Positions 18,066-29,326 of a stretch of DNA of 64,000 nucleotides are shown here, one piece after another (position 1 is the stretch's first letter; every line of letters starts with the position of its first letter). Under the pieces are notes generated by a model. It saw only the letters and a list, made by a program, of their open reading frames with translations, was not told the DNA's origin and did not search any database. A program made the translations under genes and the position numbers. The stretch lies in the sequence record DRR723986_5550. The stretch is one strand, 5' to 3'.

Positions 18066-19058
18066 TCAGTAGCTTTGGCTGGCCTCTTGCAGCTCGGCTT
18101 TCAACATTTGGTAAAGCTCATATCGCGCGGGGCTTAGCGTACCGTCTTCCAGTCCGTTTTTCACAGCGCAATCGGGTTCACGTTTGTGTTGGCAGTTGGC
18201 AAACCGGCATTTGTTGCCTTCATCGCGAATATCAGTGAATGCATTCAGCAAATCCGATTCACTCAGGTGGTGCAAACCAAATGCCTGAAATCCGGGTGAA
18301 TCAATCAACTCCAAACCGCGCTCACCAAAGTGCATCTGGGTGTGAGTGGTGGTGTGTTTGCCTGCATTCAAGGCCATTGAAATTTCATTGGTGGCCGCCA
18401 GGGCACCCGGTATCAACAAATTGATCAAGGTGGACTTTCCCATGCCCGATTGCCCCAAAATCAGGGTGCGTTTGCCTTCCAGTAGCGGTCGTAACATTGA
18501 CTCGGTTTCTGCAGGTCGTTCGGTGACGCTGATATAGTGCGTGGGTACTTCGCCCAGGGTGATTTCAAACAACTCCTGTTCAACCGCTTCCAGCGTTTCG
18601 GAATCGCCTTCAAGAATGTCCACTTTGTTAAACAGAATGGTCAGTGGCACCCCCGCATGTTTGCAGGCGGTCAGCGTGCGTCCCAAAAGCTCGGGCGAGT
18701 AGGGAGGGCTGATCGCCAGCATCAGCAGCACACCATCCAGGTTCGCCGCAAACATTTTACTTTTTAGGGCGTCTGATCGGTACACCAGGTTCTTGCGTGG
18801 CTGAATGTCTTCCACCCAGGCTTGCATGTCGCCACTGGGCAAAATGATAATCTCATCTCCCACCGCCACGTCTCGGCGTTTGCCTTTGCCGTACACCTGC
18901 CAAACGATTCCACTCTCGTCGCGCGCCAGAAAATGACGCCCATAGCTAGCCACTACCATGGCATTCAGCAAATCCGGGTTGCCTGAATTTTTGCCTTGGT
19001 TGCCTGTTTGTCTGCCTTTGTAGGTGGGGCGCACCCTGTTTAGTGATGAATTAGCCAA
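18066..19058 (-). CDS. rsgA: Ribosome small subunit-dependent GTPase A
   Basis: NKVD, GQSGMGKST, GKHTTT, DSPGF, zinc finger CRFANCQH..EPDC. Confidence 0.96.
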   Translation of the reverse strand: MANSSLNRVRPTYKGRQTGNQGKNSGNPDLLNAMVVASYGRHFLARDESGIVWQVYGKGKRRDVAVGDEIIILPSGDMQAWVEDIQPRKNLVYRSDALKSKMFAANLDGVLLMLAISPPYSPELLGRTLTACKHAGVPLTILFNKVDILEGDSETLEAVEQELFEITLGEVPTHYISVTERPAETESMLRPLLEGKRTLILGQSGMGKSTLINLLIPGALAATNEISMALNAGKHTTTHTQMHFGERGLELIDSPGFQAFGLHHLSESDLLNAFTDIRDEGNKCRFANCQHKREPDCAVKNGLEDGTLSPARYELYQMLKAELQEASQSY

Positions 19059-19440
19059 TGTGTTTCAGCGCATCATCAAGTTTGGCTGCACAAGCCCAGT
19101 CGTTGTTGGTAATGCCATTGGCGCTGTGGGTGTTCCAGCGCACTTTGACCCGGTTGTAGCCAAACGTGACTTCCGGGTGGTGATCTTCATCGTCAGCCAA
19201 ATGAGTGATGGCGTGCACCGCCAGCTTTACGCCTTCGAAGTTGGCAAAGGCATATTGTCGCCAAAGGTTCAAGGCATGCTCTCCCTTGGCATCAAATTCA
19301 ACAGACCAGTATTCAAACTCGTCCAACTGCGCTTCGATCTCGTCAGCACTCCACGCATGGCCTTCACCCAAATGCTGGCAGTGCACATGCAGCCAGTCTT
19401 CCTGTGGGCGAGCGGGGTGGGGTGTGTTCACGGTGCTCAT
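19051..19440 (-). CDS. phhB: Pterin-4-alpha-carbinolamine dehydratase
   Basis: EDHHP and WNTHS.NGIT.ND..CAAK.D motifs. Confidence 0.88.
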   Translation of the reverse strand: MSTVNTPHPARPQEDWLHVHCQHLGEGHAWSADEIEAQLDEFEYWSVEFDAKGEHALNLWRQYAFANFEGVKLAVHAITHLADDEDHHPEVTFGYNRVKVRWNTHSANGITNNDWACAAKLDDALKHIG

Positions 19441-20693
19441 TGGGCGCCTTGCAAGCTGTTCAAACGGCTGATGCGAATAGACGCAGGCGGGTGACTGTCA
19501 TAGAACGCAGAATGCAGTGGGTCGGGGGTCAGGGTGGATGCATTGTCCTGATACAACTTCACCAAAGCGCTCACGAGGTGCTGGGGTGCACTCTGCTGTG
19601 CAGCATACGCATCGGCCTCGAATTCATGTTTGCGGCTGAGCCAGGACATCACTGGCCGAATCGGAAATGTGAAATAGGGAAGCACCATCATGAACAACAC
19701 CAAAGCCATGGCTTGAGCGCCATTGGCCAGGTCAGGGTTGACGCCCAACTCGCTATAGAACCAGGTAGCATTGGCCAGAAGGCCCAGCACATAAAACATA
19801 AGCAGGCTGCCTATCCCGGAAAAAGCGAGGTGCTTGACGATGTGCTTTTTCTTGAAGTGCCCCAGTTCATGGGCCAACACGGCTTCAATCTGATCGTCAT
19901 TCAAGCGCGAGAGCAGGGTGTCGAAAAACACGATTCGCTTGGCTTTGCCCATGCCGCTGAAGTAGGCATTGCCGTGGCTAGACCGTTTGCTGCCGTCCAT
20001 CACAAACAAGCCGCTGGAATCAAAGCCACAGCGTTGCAGTAAGTTCAGAATACGCTGGCGGGTGGCGCCGTCTTCCAATGGGGTGAACTTGTTGAAAATC
20101 GGGGCAATCACCGTGGGGAACAACCACATCAACAACAGGCTGAAACCAAACCACAAGGCCCATGCGTAAACCCACCACTGCTGTCCGGCTTCACGCATGA
20201 GATAAAGAACCGCAAACACCAATGGACCACCGATCAACGCACCGACCAGCAGGCCTTTGATCCAGTCGCCAATGAACAGGCTTTTCTTCATGCGATTGAA
20301 ACCGAAGCGCTCTTCAAGCACGAATTGTTTGTAGTAAGACAATGGCAAATCAAGCACGCTGCCAATCAAGCCCACCACGGCAATCAGCAGGAGGCCCGCC
20401 AAAATACCTTCGGCAGTGGTGCTTGTGACGCTTTGAATCCACTGCAGACCTCCCAACAAGGTAAAACCCATCAAGATGCTGGCTTCGATCAGTACATTGA
20501 TCATGCCCAAGCGGGTTTTTGCGATGGAATAGTCTGCAGCCTTTTGATGGTCTTGCAGACTGATCTGTTCCCTGAACTCGGCAGGCACCTGTGCGCGGTT
20601 CAAGGCGATATGCCGCACCTGGCGACTGGCCAGATAAAGGCGAAGCGCCACACTCAAAACTACTGCCAGAACAAAGACTTCAGTAAAAACCAT
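19437..20693 (-). CDS. M48 family (Ste24-like) membrane zinc endopeptidase
   Basis: [23 protein letters not shown] (HEXXH), [13 protein letters not shown]. Confidence 0.93.
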   Translation of the reverse strand: MVFTEVFVLAVVLSVALRLYLASRQVRHIALNRAQVPAEFREQISLQDHQKAADYSIAKTRLGMINVLIEASILMGFTLLGGLQWIQSVTSTTAEGILAGLLLIAVVGLIGSVLDLPLSYYKQFVLEERFGFNRMKKSLFIGDWIKGLLVGALIGGPLVFAVLYLMREAGQQWWVYAWALWFGFSLLLMWLFPTVIAPIFNKFTPLEDGATRQRILNLLQRCGFDSSGLFVMDGSKRSSHGNAYFSGMGKAKRIVFFDTLLSRLNDDQIEAVLAHELGHFKKKHIVKHLAFSGIGSLLMFYVLGLLANATWFYSELGVNPDLANGAQAMALVLFMMVLPYFTFPIRPVMSWLSRKHEFEADAYAAQQSAPQHLVSALVKLYQDNASTLTPDPLHSAFYDSHPPASIRISRLNSLQGAQ

Positions 20694-20783
20694 TTCTCGC
20701 TACCACCCTTGATTAATTTGCGCTTCAATGCCTGTGAGACAATACAACTCTCTATAGATTCAACCTCAAAGCTCATTCAAATT

Positions 20784-21425
20784 ATGTCACAAGCCACGCC
20801 AAGTTCCACCCCTGTTGAAACCAAGATTCCCCGCGACGACAATCGCTTGGTGTGGGTTGACATGGAAATGACAGGTCTGGATCCGTTCAACGACAAAATC
20901 ATTGAAGTGGCAGTGGTTGTCACCGACAGTGAGCTCAACGTCCTGGAGGAAGGGCCTGTGTTGGCCATTCACCAAAGTGATGAAATTCTGGCCGGCATGG
21001 ATGCCTGGAATACCAGCACCCATGGCAAAAGTGGCCTGACGGCCCGTGTGAAAGAATCCACGATTGATGAAGCCCAGGCCGAGGATTTGTTGATCGAATT
21101 TTTGGCCAAATACATAGGCCCAGGAAAAAGCCCGATGTGTGGCAACAGCATTTGCCAGGACCGCCGCTTCATGGCCAAATACATGCCGAAGCTGGAAGCT
21201 TATTTTCACTACCGCAATCTGGATGTCAGCACACTGAAAGAATTGTGCAAGCGTTGGAACCCCACCACGGCGCGAAAATTTGTGAAAAAAACCAAGCACA
21301 CCGCCCTGGCCGATATTCACGAGTCAATCGACGAGCTTCGTTTTTACCGTGAGCATTTTATTGTGGCGCCAGAGGCGAAGGCGAGCCAGGAGAGCCCCCT
21401 GTCCCCGGCGGCGCCTGCGGCCTAG
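20784..21425 (+). CDS. orn: Oligoribonuclease
   Basis: [48 protein letters not shown] 20784. Confidence 0.97.
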   Translation: MSQATPSSTPVETKIPRDDNRLVWVDMEMTGLDPFNDKIIEVAVVVTDSELNVLEEGPVLAIHQSDEILAGMDAWNTSTHGKSGLTARVKESTIDEAQAEDLLIEFLAKYIGPGKSPMCGNSICQDRRFMAKYMPKLEAYFHYRNLDVSTLKELCKRWNPTTARKFVKKTKHTALADIHESIDELRFYREHFIVAPEAKASQESPLSPAAPAA

Positions 21426-22797
21426 TTGGCAAAGTAAGCTCTAGAGCATTGCGCTGGCGCATCACATGGGCCAGCAGCAAGGCCAGGCAAATTCCAGCCA
21501 ACAGCAGCCCACCTGCACTGGCCATCCAGAAACCTTGTGATTTCAGCGGGTTTTCTTGCCAAACCCCAAGCCACATGCCTCCGCCAATACCCACAAACCA
21601 CAGGCTCACCAAATAAATCAACATGGGGCGCGCTGACACTCGGTAGGCCCGAAGTGAAAACGAGCACAAAGTTTGAACGGCATCAATAAAATGGTAGGCA
21701 ATCACCCAAGGCATCAGGCCTAGGGCCACCTCAATCGTTTTTGTGTCTTTGGTGTAGAACGAGATCAATTCCCGATCGAACGCATACAAACCCAGACACA
21801 CGCAGGCCGCGACCAGCATGGCAGTTTCAATTCCACGCTTGATGATGGTGCTGGCGTGTTTGTTGAACCCGGCACCAATTTGCTGGGAGGCTAACACCGT
21901 GGTGGCATTGCCCAAAGACAAACACACCATGTACGCCATCGCTGCCATGTTGGACACAATTTGATGTCCACCCAGCTGGTACACATCGAAACGCGACACC
22001 AGCAGCGCAATGACGGTAAACGAGCTGACTTCAATGAGGTATGAGCCGCCAATAGGCAGGCCGAGTCGCAGGATTTGCCCAAGACGATGCCAATCAGGTT
22101 TCAAGCTGCGAATCGATTTGAATTCGCTGTAATGTTTGTCGAACAGCCAAATGAGGGCCGAAATACCGAGTACCAGCCACATCGTTGCTGCTGTGGCCCA
22201 ACCAAAACCGGCTGCACCCAGCGCGGGCAGCCCCCACCCACCGTTCATGAACCAAATGTTCAAGGGAATTTTCAGCAGCAGCATCAGTACCTGCAGGGCC
22301 ACCACAATTTGTGGCCGTGAGATCGATTGGTTCAACGCATAAAAGACGCGAAACACCAAGGCGGCAGGAAGCCCCCAAGCAATACCCAGCAAGTAGCCTC
22401 GAGTGTCTACAGCGATGTCGGCAGGGGTGTTGGTTAGTTGGAAAATGGGTTGCGGGTTGAGCAGTATCAGCATGCCGATAGCGCTCATGGTTAGTGCAAG
22501 CCACACACCTTGAACTGCATCTTCTCCAACCTTGCGGTAATCACCCGAACCGAAGTGGGCAGAGCAAATGGGGGTAAGACCAATAATGACCCCCATCAAG
22601 CCGACGTAAAGGCTGATATAAATGGATGACCCAACAGCCATGGCTGCCAGCACATCGGGACCGGCCTGCCCGGCCATCAATGTATCAACCAGACCGTTGC
22701 CCATCACGGCCAACTGTCCTAGCAGAATTGGCAAAGCCTGATTCAGCAGAGCCCTGCGCGGCCGGTCTTGGGCAAATAAAACAATACTGCTGGCCAT
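21358..22797 (-). CDS. MATE family efflux transporter (NorM-like)
   Basis: ALPILLGQL...VDTLMAG, LGAAG.GWAT, LGLPIG, EV..F; about 12 TM helices. Confidence 0.92.
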   Translation of the reverse strand: MASSIVLFAQDRPRRALLNQALPILLGQLAVMGNGLVDTLMAGQAGPDVLAAMAVGSSIYISLYVGLMGVIIGLTPICSAHFGSGDYRKVGEDAVQGVWLALTMSAIGMLILLNPQPIFQLTNTPADIAVDTRGYLLGIAWGLPAALVFRVFYALNQSISRPQIVVALQVLMLLLKIPLNIWFMNGGWGLPALGAAGFGWATAATMWLVLGISALIWLFDKHYSEFKSIRSLKPDWHRLGQILRLGLPIGGSYLIEVSSFTVIALLVSRFDVYQLGGHQIVSNMAAMAYMVCLSLGNATTVLASQQIGAGFNKHASTIIKRGIETAMLVAACVCLGLYAFDRELISFYTKDTKTIEVALGLMPWVIAYHFIDAVQTLCSFSLRAYRVSARPMLIYLVSLWFVGIGGGMWLGVWQENPLKSQGFWMASAGGLLLAGICLALLLAHVMRQRNALELTLPTRPQAPPGTGGSPGSPSPLAPQ

Positions 22798-22806
22798 GCC
22801 ACACCT

Positions 22807-24609
22807 TTAACGACTGCTGTTTTCTGTCCGCTGTTCCGCCTGCTGCGTACGTGCGTACAGGAAGAAGAATTCATGTCGGTCCGAGTTTCGGTTACCGGTC
22901 CAGATCAACTCCCAACGCCCGGATGCCCTGGATTCGAAATCAACCTTGATCTTCAGGCTTTGGCGTGTATCGTCTTGAAGCAACAAATACTCGCATTCGG
23001 TGGCTTCCTTGAATTGACCCTTGCGAATGAAGTCAACCTTGGCGTGGTATTGAAGAGTTGCGCGTTGTGCGTAGCCCAAGTTGTAATCGGCAACACATTC
23101 CCTGCCCACGGTAGATTGATGGTCCAGAACTGATCGGGTAATTGCATCGCCCAGGGATTTGAAGCTCTTTGCATAGTCAATTCTTGGGATCCACAATGTC
23201 ATCATCAGCAGCCACAGCAGAATGACGCCCCCTGTGGTCAACACCATGGGGCGCCAAAGGGCGCGACTGCCCGAGGCCGTACGCCATACAATCAGGCGGA
23301 TCCAGGCAAAGCTGGCCAGAAATGCCAGTGCGAGTTCAAGGCCGATGACGTCGGGTACATAGCCGGGTGATAGTTTTTCGAAGTTGGCTGCAATTTTTGC
23401 AGGAAAACCGAATGTGGCTGCGGTCCAACCCAGCCACACCAACACGGCGGCGAAGGTAAACCAAAGCACTGCAAACCAGTCAATCAGACTGATCAAGCCG
23501 CGTTTCATGGTGGACAGTCCGATTGCCGCAAGCACCGAAAGTGGCGCCAGCAAAGGGAAATAGTTGGCCTCATCCGCTGGGTTCGTAATCAGCAGCACCA
23601 GCACACCAGCAGCCGCGCCTGCGAGGGGAATGCGGATCGAGGGTTCAGTCAAGGCTTTGCGATAACGCCAAATGGTCCAGCAAGCCATGGGTAAAATCGG
23701 CCACAAAAACCAGGTGAGGGTTTTCAGTGTGATCACCAGTTTGGTCAGGTCAAAGGACTGGGTAGGATCCAGTATCAGAAAGCGGCGAACATTCCATTCA
23801 TTCCAGGCATTCCACCACAACTCTCCGTTTTTCTGACTCATTAGCCAGAAAAACCAGATCGCAAAAGGAATGGCAAATACGGTGGCAGCTCGGGTCATTC
23901 GGCGAAGCAGACCAAACCGCAGCGTACTGTGTGTCATCGAGCTGGCAAGCAACAACAGCAGAAAGGGTAGCCAATGTGCCCAGCCCCGCGCAAAAAAAGC
24001 GATGGCAATGCCTGCGCCCAGCATCCAACCTGCGCCGATCGGTCTGTCAAGCGAGCGCACTGCGCCAAGCAGCATGATTGAGATGCCGGCCAATTCGGCG
24101 ATTTCGGGCACCTGCATGTGCGAGCGAACGAGCAGACCAAGTGTGCCCAAAAAGCAAAGCACCGAGGCATCTGCAACGGCACGGGCATAATCGACCCGGG
24201 TAGGCGCCGTGCCCAACGGGTCTTCGGGTTGAAGTTCAACCCGTTTGGCCAAGCGATAGGTGGTATTCCAAATGGCCCAGCCAGCCAAAATCATCCAGAA
24301 CACATTGCCAAGGCGCATGGCGTCATCAAGCCAGTTGTGAGGCAGGTTGACAGCAATTGCCAGTTTTCCGAACAGACCTGAAAGCCAGGCAGACAGCAAG
24401 CCACCTTCGACATACAGGCGATCACCGATCAGCGACATTGCCCATTCTGAAAAAGGCAGCTGGGAAAAGGTGAAGCTTTGACCAAAGCCGGTCGCATCGT
24501 CAGGTTTCCACGGTGTGCGCGCGAAAAGCCCTGGCAAAATGTAGAGCAATATCAAGCCCCACAGTAGCCTGCGCGACAAACGAGTGTTGTTGGCTGCGGT
24601 GATGACCAT
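22807..24609 (-). CDS. ArnT/PMT family (GT-C) membrane glycosyltransferase
   Basis: PGLFARTPWKPDD N-terminal motif, many TM helices, periplasmic C-terminal domain; rpmE2-GT-MATE order as recalled for Burkholderiales. Confidence 0.8.
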   Translation of the reverse strand: MVITAANNTRLSRRLLWGLILLYILPGLFARTPWKPDDATGFGQSFTFSQLPFSEWAMSLIGDRLYVEGGLLSAWLSGLFGKLAIAVNLPHNWLDDAMRLGNVFWMILAGWAIWNTTYRLAKRVELQPEDPLGTAPTRVDYARAVADASVLCFLGTLGLLVRSHMQVPEIAELAGISIMLLGAVRSLDRPIGAGWMLGAGIAIAFFARGWAHWLPFLLLLLASSMTHSTLRFGLLRRMTRAATVFAIPFAIWFFWLMSQKNGELWWNAWNEWNVRRFLILDPTQSFDLTKLVITLKTLTWFLWPILPMACWTIWRYRKALTEPSIRIPLAGAAAGVLVLLITNPADEANYFPLLAPLSVLAAIGLSTMKRGLISLIDWFAVLWFTFAAVLVWLGWTAATFGFPAKIAANFEKLSPGYVPDVIGLELALAFLASFAWIRLIVWRTASGSRALWRPMVLTTGGVILLWLLMMTLWIPRIDYAKSFKSLGDAITRSVLDHQSTVGRECVADYNLGYAQRATLQYHAKVDFIRKGQFKEATECEYLLLQDDTRQSLKIKVDFESRASGRWELIWTGNRNSDRHEFFFLYARTQQAEQRTENSSR

Positions 24610-24632
24610 GTTCTTATTGTGTCCGGAAAAAC

Positions 24633-24665
24633 AAAAGGCAGCCAGTTTTACTGAGCTGCCTTTTT
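24633..24665 (-). terminator. Intrinsic terminator after rpmE2 (bidirectional-looking)
   Basis: AAAAGGCAGC-CAGTTTTACTGA-GCTGCCTTTTT. Confidence 0.8.
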
Positions 24666-24685
24666 ATGATCACTTGCGCGAAAAA

Positions 24686-24937
24686 TTACTTCTTGAAGCG
24701 ATCGAAACGACGACGGAATTTCTCAACGCGGCCGGCGGTGTCCACGATGGTGTTTTGTGCACCAGTGTAGAAGGGGTGTGATTCGGAACTCACGTCCAGC
24801 TTGATCAGAGGGTATTCCTTGCCTTCGTGCTCTCCAGTTTCGCGGCTAGGCGCGGTAGAGCGGCAAATGAATTTGAAGCCGTTGGACATGTCCATGAACA
24901 ACACTTCGCGGTAATTGGGGTGAATGCCTTCTTTCAT
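24686..24937 (-). CDS. rpmE2: 50S ribosomal protein L31 type B (zinc-independent)
   Basis: [37 protein letters not shown]; no CxxC pairs. Confidence 0.95.
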   Translation of the reverse strand: MKEGIHPNYREVLFMDMSNGFKFICRSTAPSRETGEHEGKEYPLIKLDVSSESHPFYTGAQNTIVDTAGRVEKFRRRFDRFKK

Positions 24938-25038
24938 GAGTTTCTCCGTTGCAGCCAATCTGGCGGTTAATTGGTCTCAATGGTGTGAGTGCCAACCGAC
25001 AAAGCCAAATCACTTGCTGGTTAATTAGGTAACCGCAA

Positions 25039-25067
25039 ATTATAGGGTTACGCAGTGGATTGGTCAA
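25039..25067 (-). promoter_or_regulatory. Sigma70 promoter of rpmE2
   Basis: Minus strand TTGACC (25067-25062)-N17-TATAAT (25044-25039). Confidence 0.75.
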
Positions 25068-25068
25068 G

Positions 25069-25108
25069 AAAAAAACCGCTGGCCGGATCAACCGGAACCA
25101 GCGGTTTT
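25069..25108 (-). terminator. Intrinsic terminator of groEL
   Basis: Minus strand AAAACCGCTGG-TT-CCGG-TTGAT-CCGG-CCAGCGG followed by a T run. Confidence 0.85.
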
Positions 25109-25140
25109 GCTTGCAAGCGTAGAGCTTGGCAACAGGCCTT

Positions 25141-26790
<1,650 letters not shown>

Positions 26791-26830
26791 TTAATCTTCC
26801 TCTTGAATTCTATGTAATCGGGCTTTGCAG

Positions 26831-27121
26831 TTAAGCTTCAATGACGCCCATGATGTCTTCTTCACGCATAACCAGCACTTCCTTGCCATCCACCTTGATG
26901 GATTGACCGGCGTACTTGCCGAACAACACGCGCTGGCCCACCTTCACATCCATGGCGATCAGCTTGCCACTGTCATCGCGCTTGCCTGGGCCAACTGCAA
27001 TCACTTCACCTTGATCGGGCTTCTCAGCGGCGGCTTCTGGGATCACGATGCCAGAGGCTGTTGTGCGCTCGCTGTCGAGGCGCTTCACGATCACGCGATC
27101 ATGCAACGGACGAATGTTCAT
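26831..27121 (-). CDS. groS: Co-chaperonin GroES
   Basis: [37 protein letters not shown] upstream. Confidence 0.99.
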   Translation of the reverse strand: MNIRPLHDRVIVKRLDSERTTASGIVIPEAAAEKPDQGEVIAVGPGKRDDSGKLIAMDVKVGQRVLFGKYAGQSIKVDGKEVLVMREEDIMGVIEA

Positions 27122-27182
27122 GGATACCACTCCTAAATTTATCTTTAAAAATAATCGCTTAGAGAAACTGACGGATGCTTTG

Positions 27183-27209
27183 TTAGCACTCGCCGTCATC
27201 GAGTGCTAA
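27183..27209. promoter_or_regulatory. CIRCE element (HrcA operator) upstream of groES
   Basis: Exact consensus TTAGCACTC-GCCGTCATC-GAGTGCTAA. Confidence 0.97.
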
Positions 27210-27210
27210 T

Positions 27211-27238
27211 AATAGGGGTGGGGGACTGGTATTTCAAG
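27211..27238 (-). promoter_or_regulatory. Sigma32 (RpoH)-like promoter of groESL
   Basis: Minus strand CTTGAAA-N13-CCCCTATT, immediately upstream of CIRCE. Confidence 0.8.
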
Positions 27239-27325
27239 GGGCAGGGTGAAAAAAAGTTCTCTGCAAGCAGGGCGTCAGTCACTTTTGTTTACACTAGGGG
27301 TCGATTCAATTCAGCACCCCACAGA

Positions 27326-28183
27326 ATGAACAAAGCAAAGTCGGTTTTTATTGTCCTGTTTTTAGTCTTGATCAACCTGAGTCTGTTGCACGTGGCCACC
27401 CTCAGTTGGCACACTCCTTTGGGACCAGGCTGGATAGGTGTGTTTGTTTTGGCCCTTCCCAACTTTTACCTGTTCGTGTGGATGTTCATGCGAAGACGTG
27501 CCCGAACATCGCGCAATCTTCACCTGCTGATGGCTGCCAACCTGACCGGTATCGCCTTGGTGCTGACTGATCCAGGCATGGAAGCGGATCCCTTGCCCCT
27601 GATCATCGGCAATCTGATCTTTTTCGGCAGCATTGCCTACATTTTTTGGTACTCCAATCTGGGCGAACGCAGCAATGCCATGTTGAATGAAGGTGAGAAA
27701 TTACCTGTCTTCGAACTCACGACCGTGGATGGGGGATCGTTTTCCAGTGAGCAGTTCAAAGGGGCTGCGTGGTTGTTGATTTTTTACAGGGGCAATTGGT
27801 GCCCTCTGTGCATGACACAAATTGGAGAGGTGGCGGCGCGCTACATCGATCTTGACCGCCTTGGCGTCAAAGTGGCTTTGATCAGTCCGCAGCCGGAAAC
27901 CAAAACCAAAGAACTCGCCGCGCGGTTCAAGGTACCCATGAATTTTTTCATAGACACCAACTTCAGGGCCAGCAAAAAATTAAAATTGGTTCATGAACAC
28001 GGGGTTCCGTTTGGCCTGAAGTGGATGGGACACGGAGAGGACACGGTGCTGCCCACGGTGTTGATCATCAACAAACACGGGCGGATTGTGTATTCGGATC
28101 AAACTTCAAACTACCGCGTTCGTCCGGAACCGGAACAGTTTCTGGAAGTGGCTCGCCAAAAACTGGGCGGTGCTGAAGGCTGA
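27326..28183 (+). CDS. Membrane-anchored peroxiredoxin-like (AhpC/TSA) protein
   Basis: About four N-terminal hydrophobic helices, then LPVFEL..FYRGNWCPLC..ISPQ..PTVLII...YRVRPEP. Confidence 0.8.
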   Translation: MNKAKSVFIVLFLVLINLSLLHVATLSWHTPLGPGWIGVFVLALPNFYLFVWMFMRRRARTSRNLHLLMAANLTGIALVLTDPGMEADPLPLIIGNLIFFGSIAYIFWYSNLGERSNAMLNEGEKLPVFELTTVDGGSFSSEQFKGAAWLLIFYRGNWCPLCMTQIGEVAARYIDLDRLGVKVALISPQPETKTKELAARFKVPMNFFIDTNFRASKKLKLVHEHGVPFGLKWMGHGEDTVLPTVLIINKHGRIVYSDQTSNYRVRPEPEQFLEVARQKLGGAEG

Positions 28184-28193
28184 TTGAATCAAC

Positions 28194-29213
28194 TCAGGGT
28201 GCCACGCCGGTGGCGGCCTGAACAGCGGCAGCCTTTCGAATGCTTGCAATCAATTCCTTGCTGATGCGGCTTTCCATGCGCCTGTGCACCGGTTCCAGCG
28301 CCTTGCGCCACGCGTCCAGTTCGCTCGCGCTGAGCATCGTTACTTGCGTATTCTTCGATGCCTTCACTTTCTGCAAGGCCTGTGCATTTAATTTTTCGGC
28401 CTCGTCGTCGTTCTTGCGCGTGGCATCAACCATGCATTTTTCAAGTGTGCTGCGGATGTCCGCTGGCAGACTGCCCCAAAATTTCCGGTTAACGATAACG
28501 GCATAGCCCAGATAACCGTGATTGGTCACTGCCACGTGCTTTTGAACCTCATGCATCTTCTTGGAGTATAAATTGGAAGGGGGGTTCTCGGTGCCATCAA
28601 CCAATCCGGTCTCCAATGCGGTGTACACGTCCGAGAATGCCAGAGGGATGGGAGTGGCACCCAAGGCTTCCATTTGAGCCTCTAGCACACGTGAAGGTTG
28701 AATTCGCATCCGCTTTCCTTTCAGGTCCTCGGGCAGACGAAGGGGCGTGTTGGCACTCATCACTTTGAAGCCATTGTCCCAGTAGGCCAGTCCGAGTATT
28801 CCACGGTCTTCAAGTTGTGCAAGAAGCTGCTTGCCGATTTCACCTTGAGTCACGGTTTTTAGCACCTGGCGATTCGGAAAAATATAGGGGAGGTCGAACA
28901 CCTCGAAATCACGCATACCCAGTTGGCCGAACTTGGCCAGTGACGGGGCCAGCATTTGGACGGCCCCCAATTGAAGCGCTTCGAGTTCTTCCCGGTCTTT
29001 GTACAAGGTCGAGTTGGGGTAGACCTCCACTTTCACACGCCCACGCGTCCGTTCCTCGACCAGTTTTTTGAATTCAAGTGCTGCAATACCTTTTGGCGTG
29101 TTTTCGTCGACGACATGGCTGAACTTGATCAGAATCGGTGGCGCAGCACTGGCTGGTGCCAGGGCAGCGCTATGAAGTCCAAGCAAAAGTCCGAGTGCTG
29201 ACAAATATTTCAT
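28194..29213 (-). CDS. dctP: TRAP transporter substrate-binding protein, C4-dicarboxylate type
   Basis: IKFSHVV..NTPKG, LEALQLGAVQMLAPS, WDNGFK, KRMRIQ.S, DGTENPPSN; signal peptide; ATG 29213. Confidence 0.93.
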   Translation of the reverse strand: MKYLSALGLLLGLHSAALAPASAAPPILIKFSHVVDENTPKGIAALEFKKLVEERTRGRVKVEVYPNSTLYKDREELEALQLGAVQMLAPSLAKFGQLGMRDFEVFDLPYIFPNRQVLKTVTQGEIGKQLLAQLEDRGILGLAYWDNGFKVMSANTPLRLPEDLKGKRMRIQPSRVLEAQMEALGATPIPLAFSDVYTALETGLVDGTENPPSNLYSKKMHEVQKHVAVTNHGYLGYAVIVNRKFWGSLPADIRSTLEKCMVDATRKNDDEAEKLNAQALQKVKASKNTQVTMLSASELDAWRKALEPVHRRMESRISKELIASIRKAAAVQAATGVAP

Positions 29214-29271
29214 GTTGCGGCTTGTTTGTAGGTGTTTATTGAAAATTCCAGAGTAGGACCGTCCCCACCAT

Positions 29272-29285
29272 TGTGGGTTTCCACA
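29272..29285. promoter_or_regulatory. Palindrome between dctP and dctS, candidate DctR site
   Basis: TGTGG-GTTT-CCACA in the divergent intergenic region. Confidence 0.6.
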
Positions 29286-29326
29286 TCCTCTGAAATCTTT
29301 TTGCCATTTCATGGCACTATCCAGCC

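Noticed and set aside
20325..20783. 153-codon N-terminal extension of orn in the ORF track
   Set aside because: It overlaps the M48 peptidase gene antisense. Orn similarity begins only after ATG 20784.
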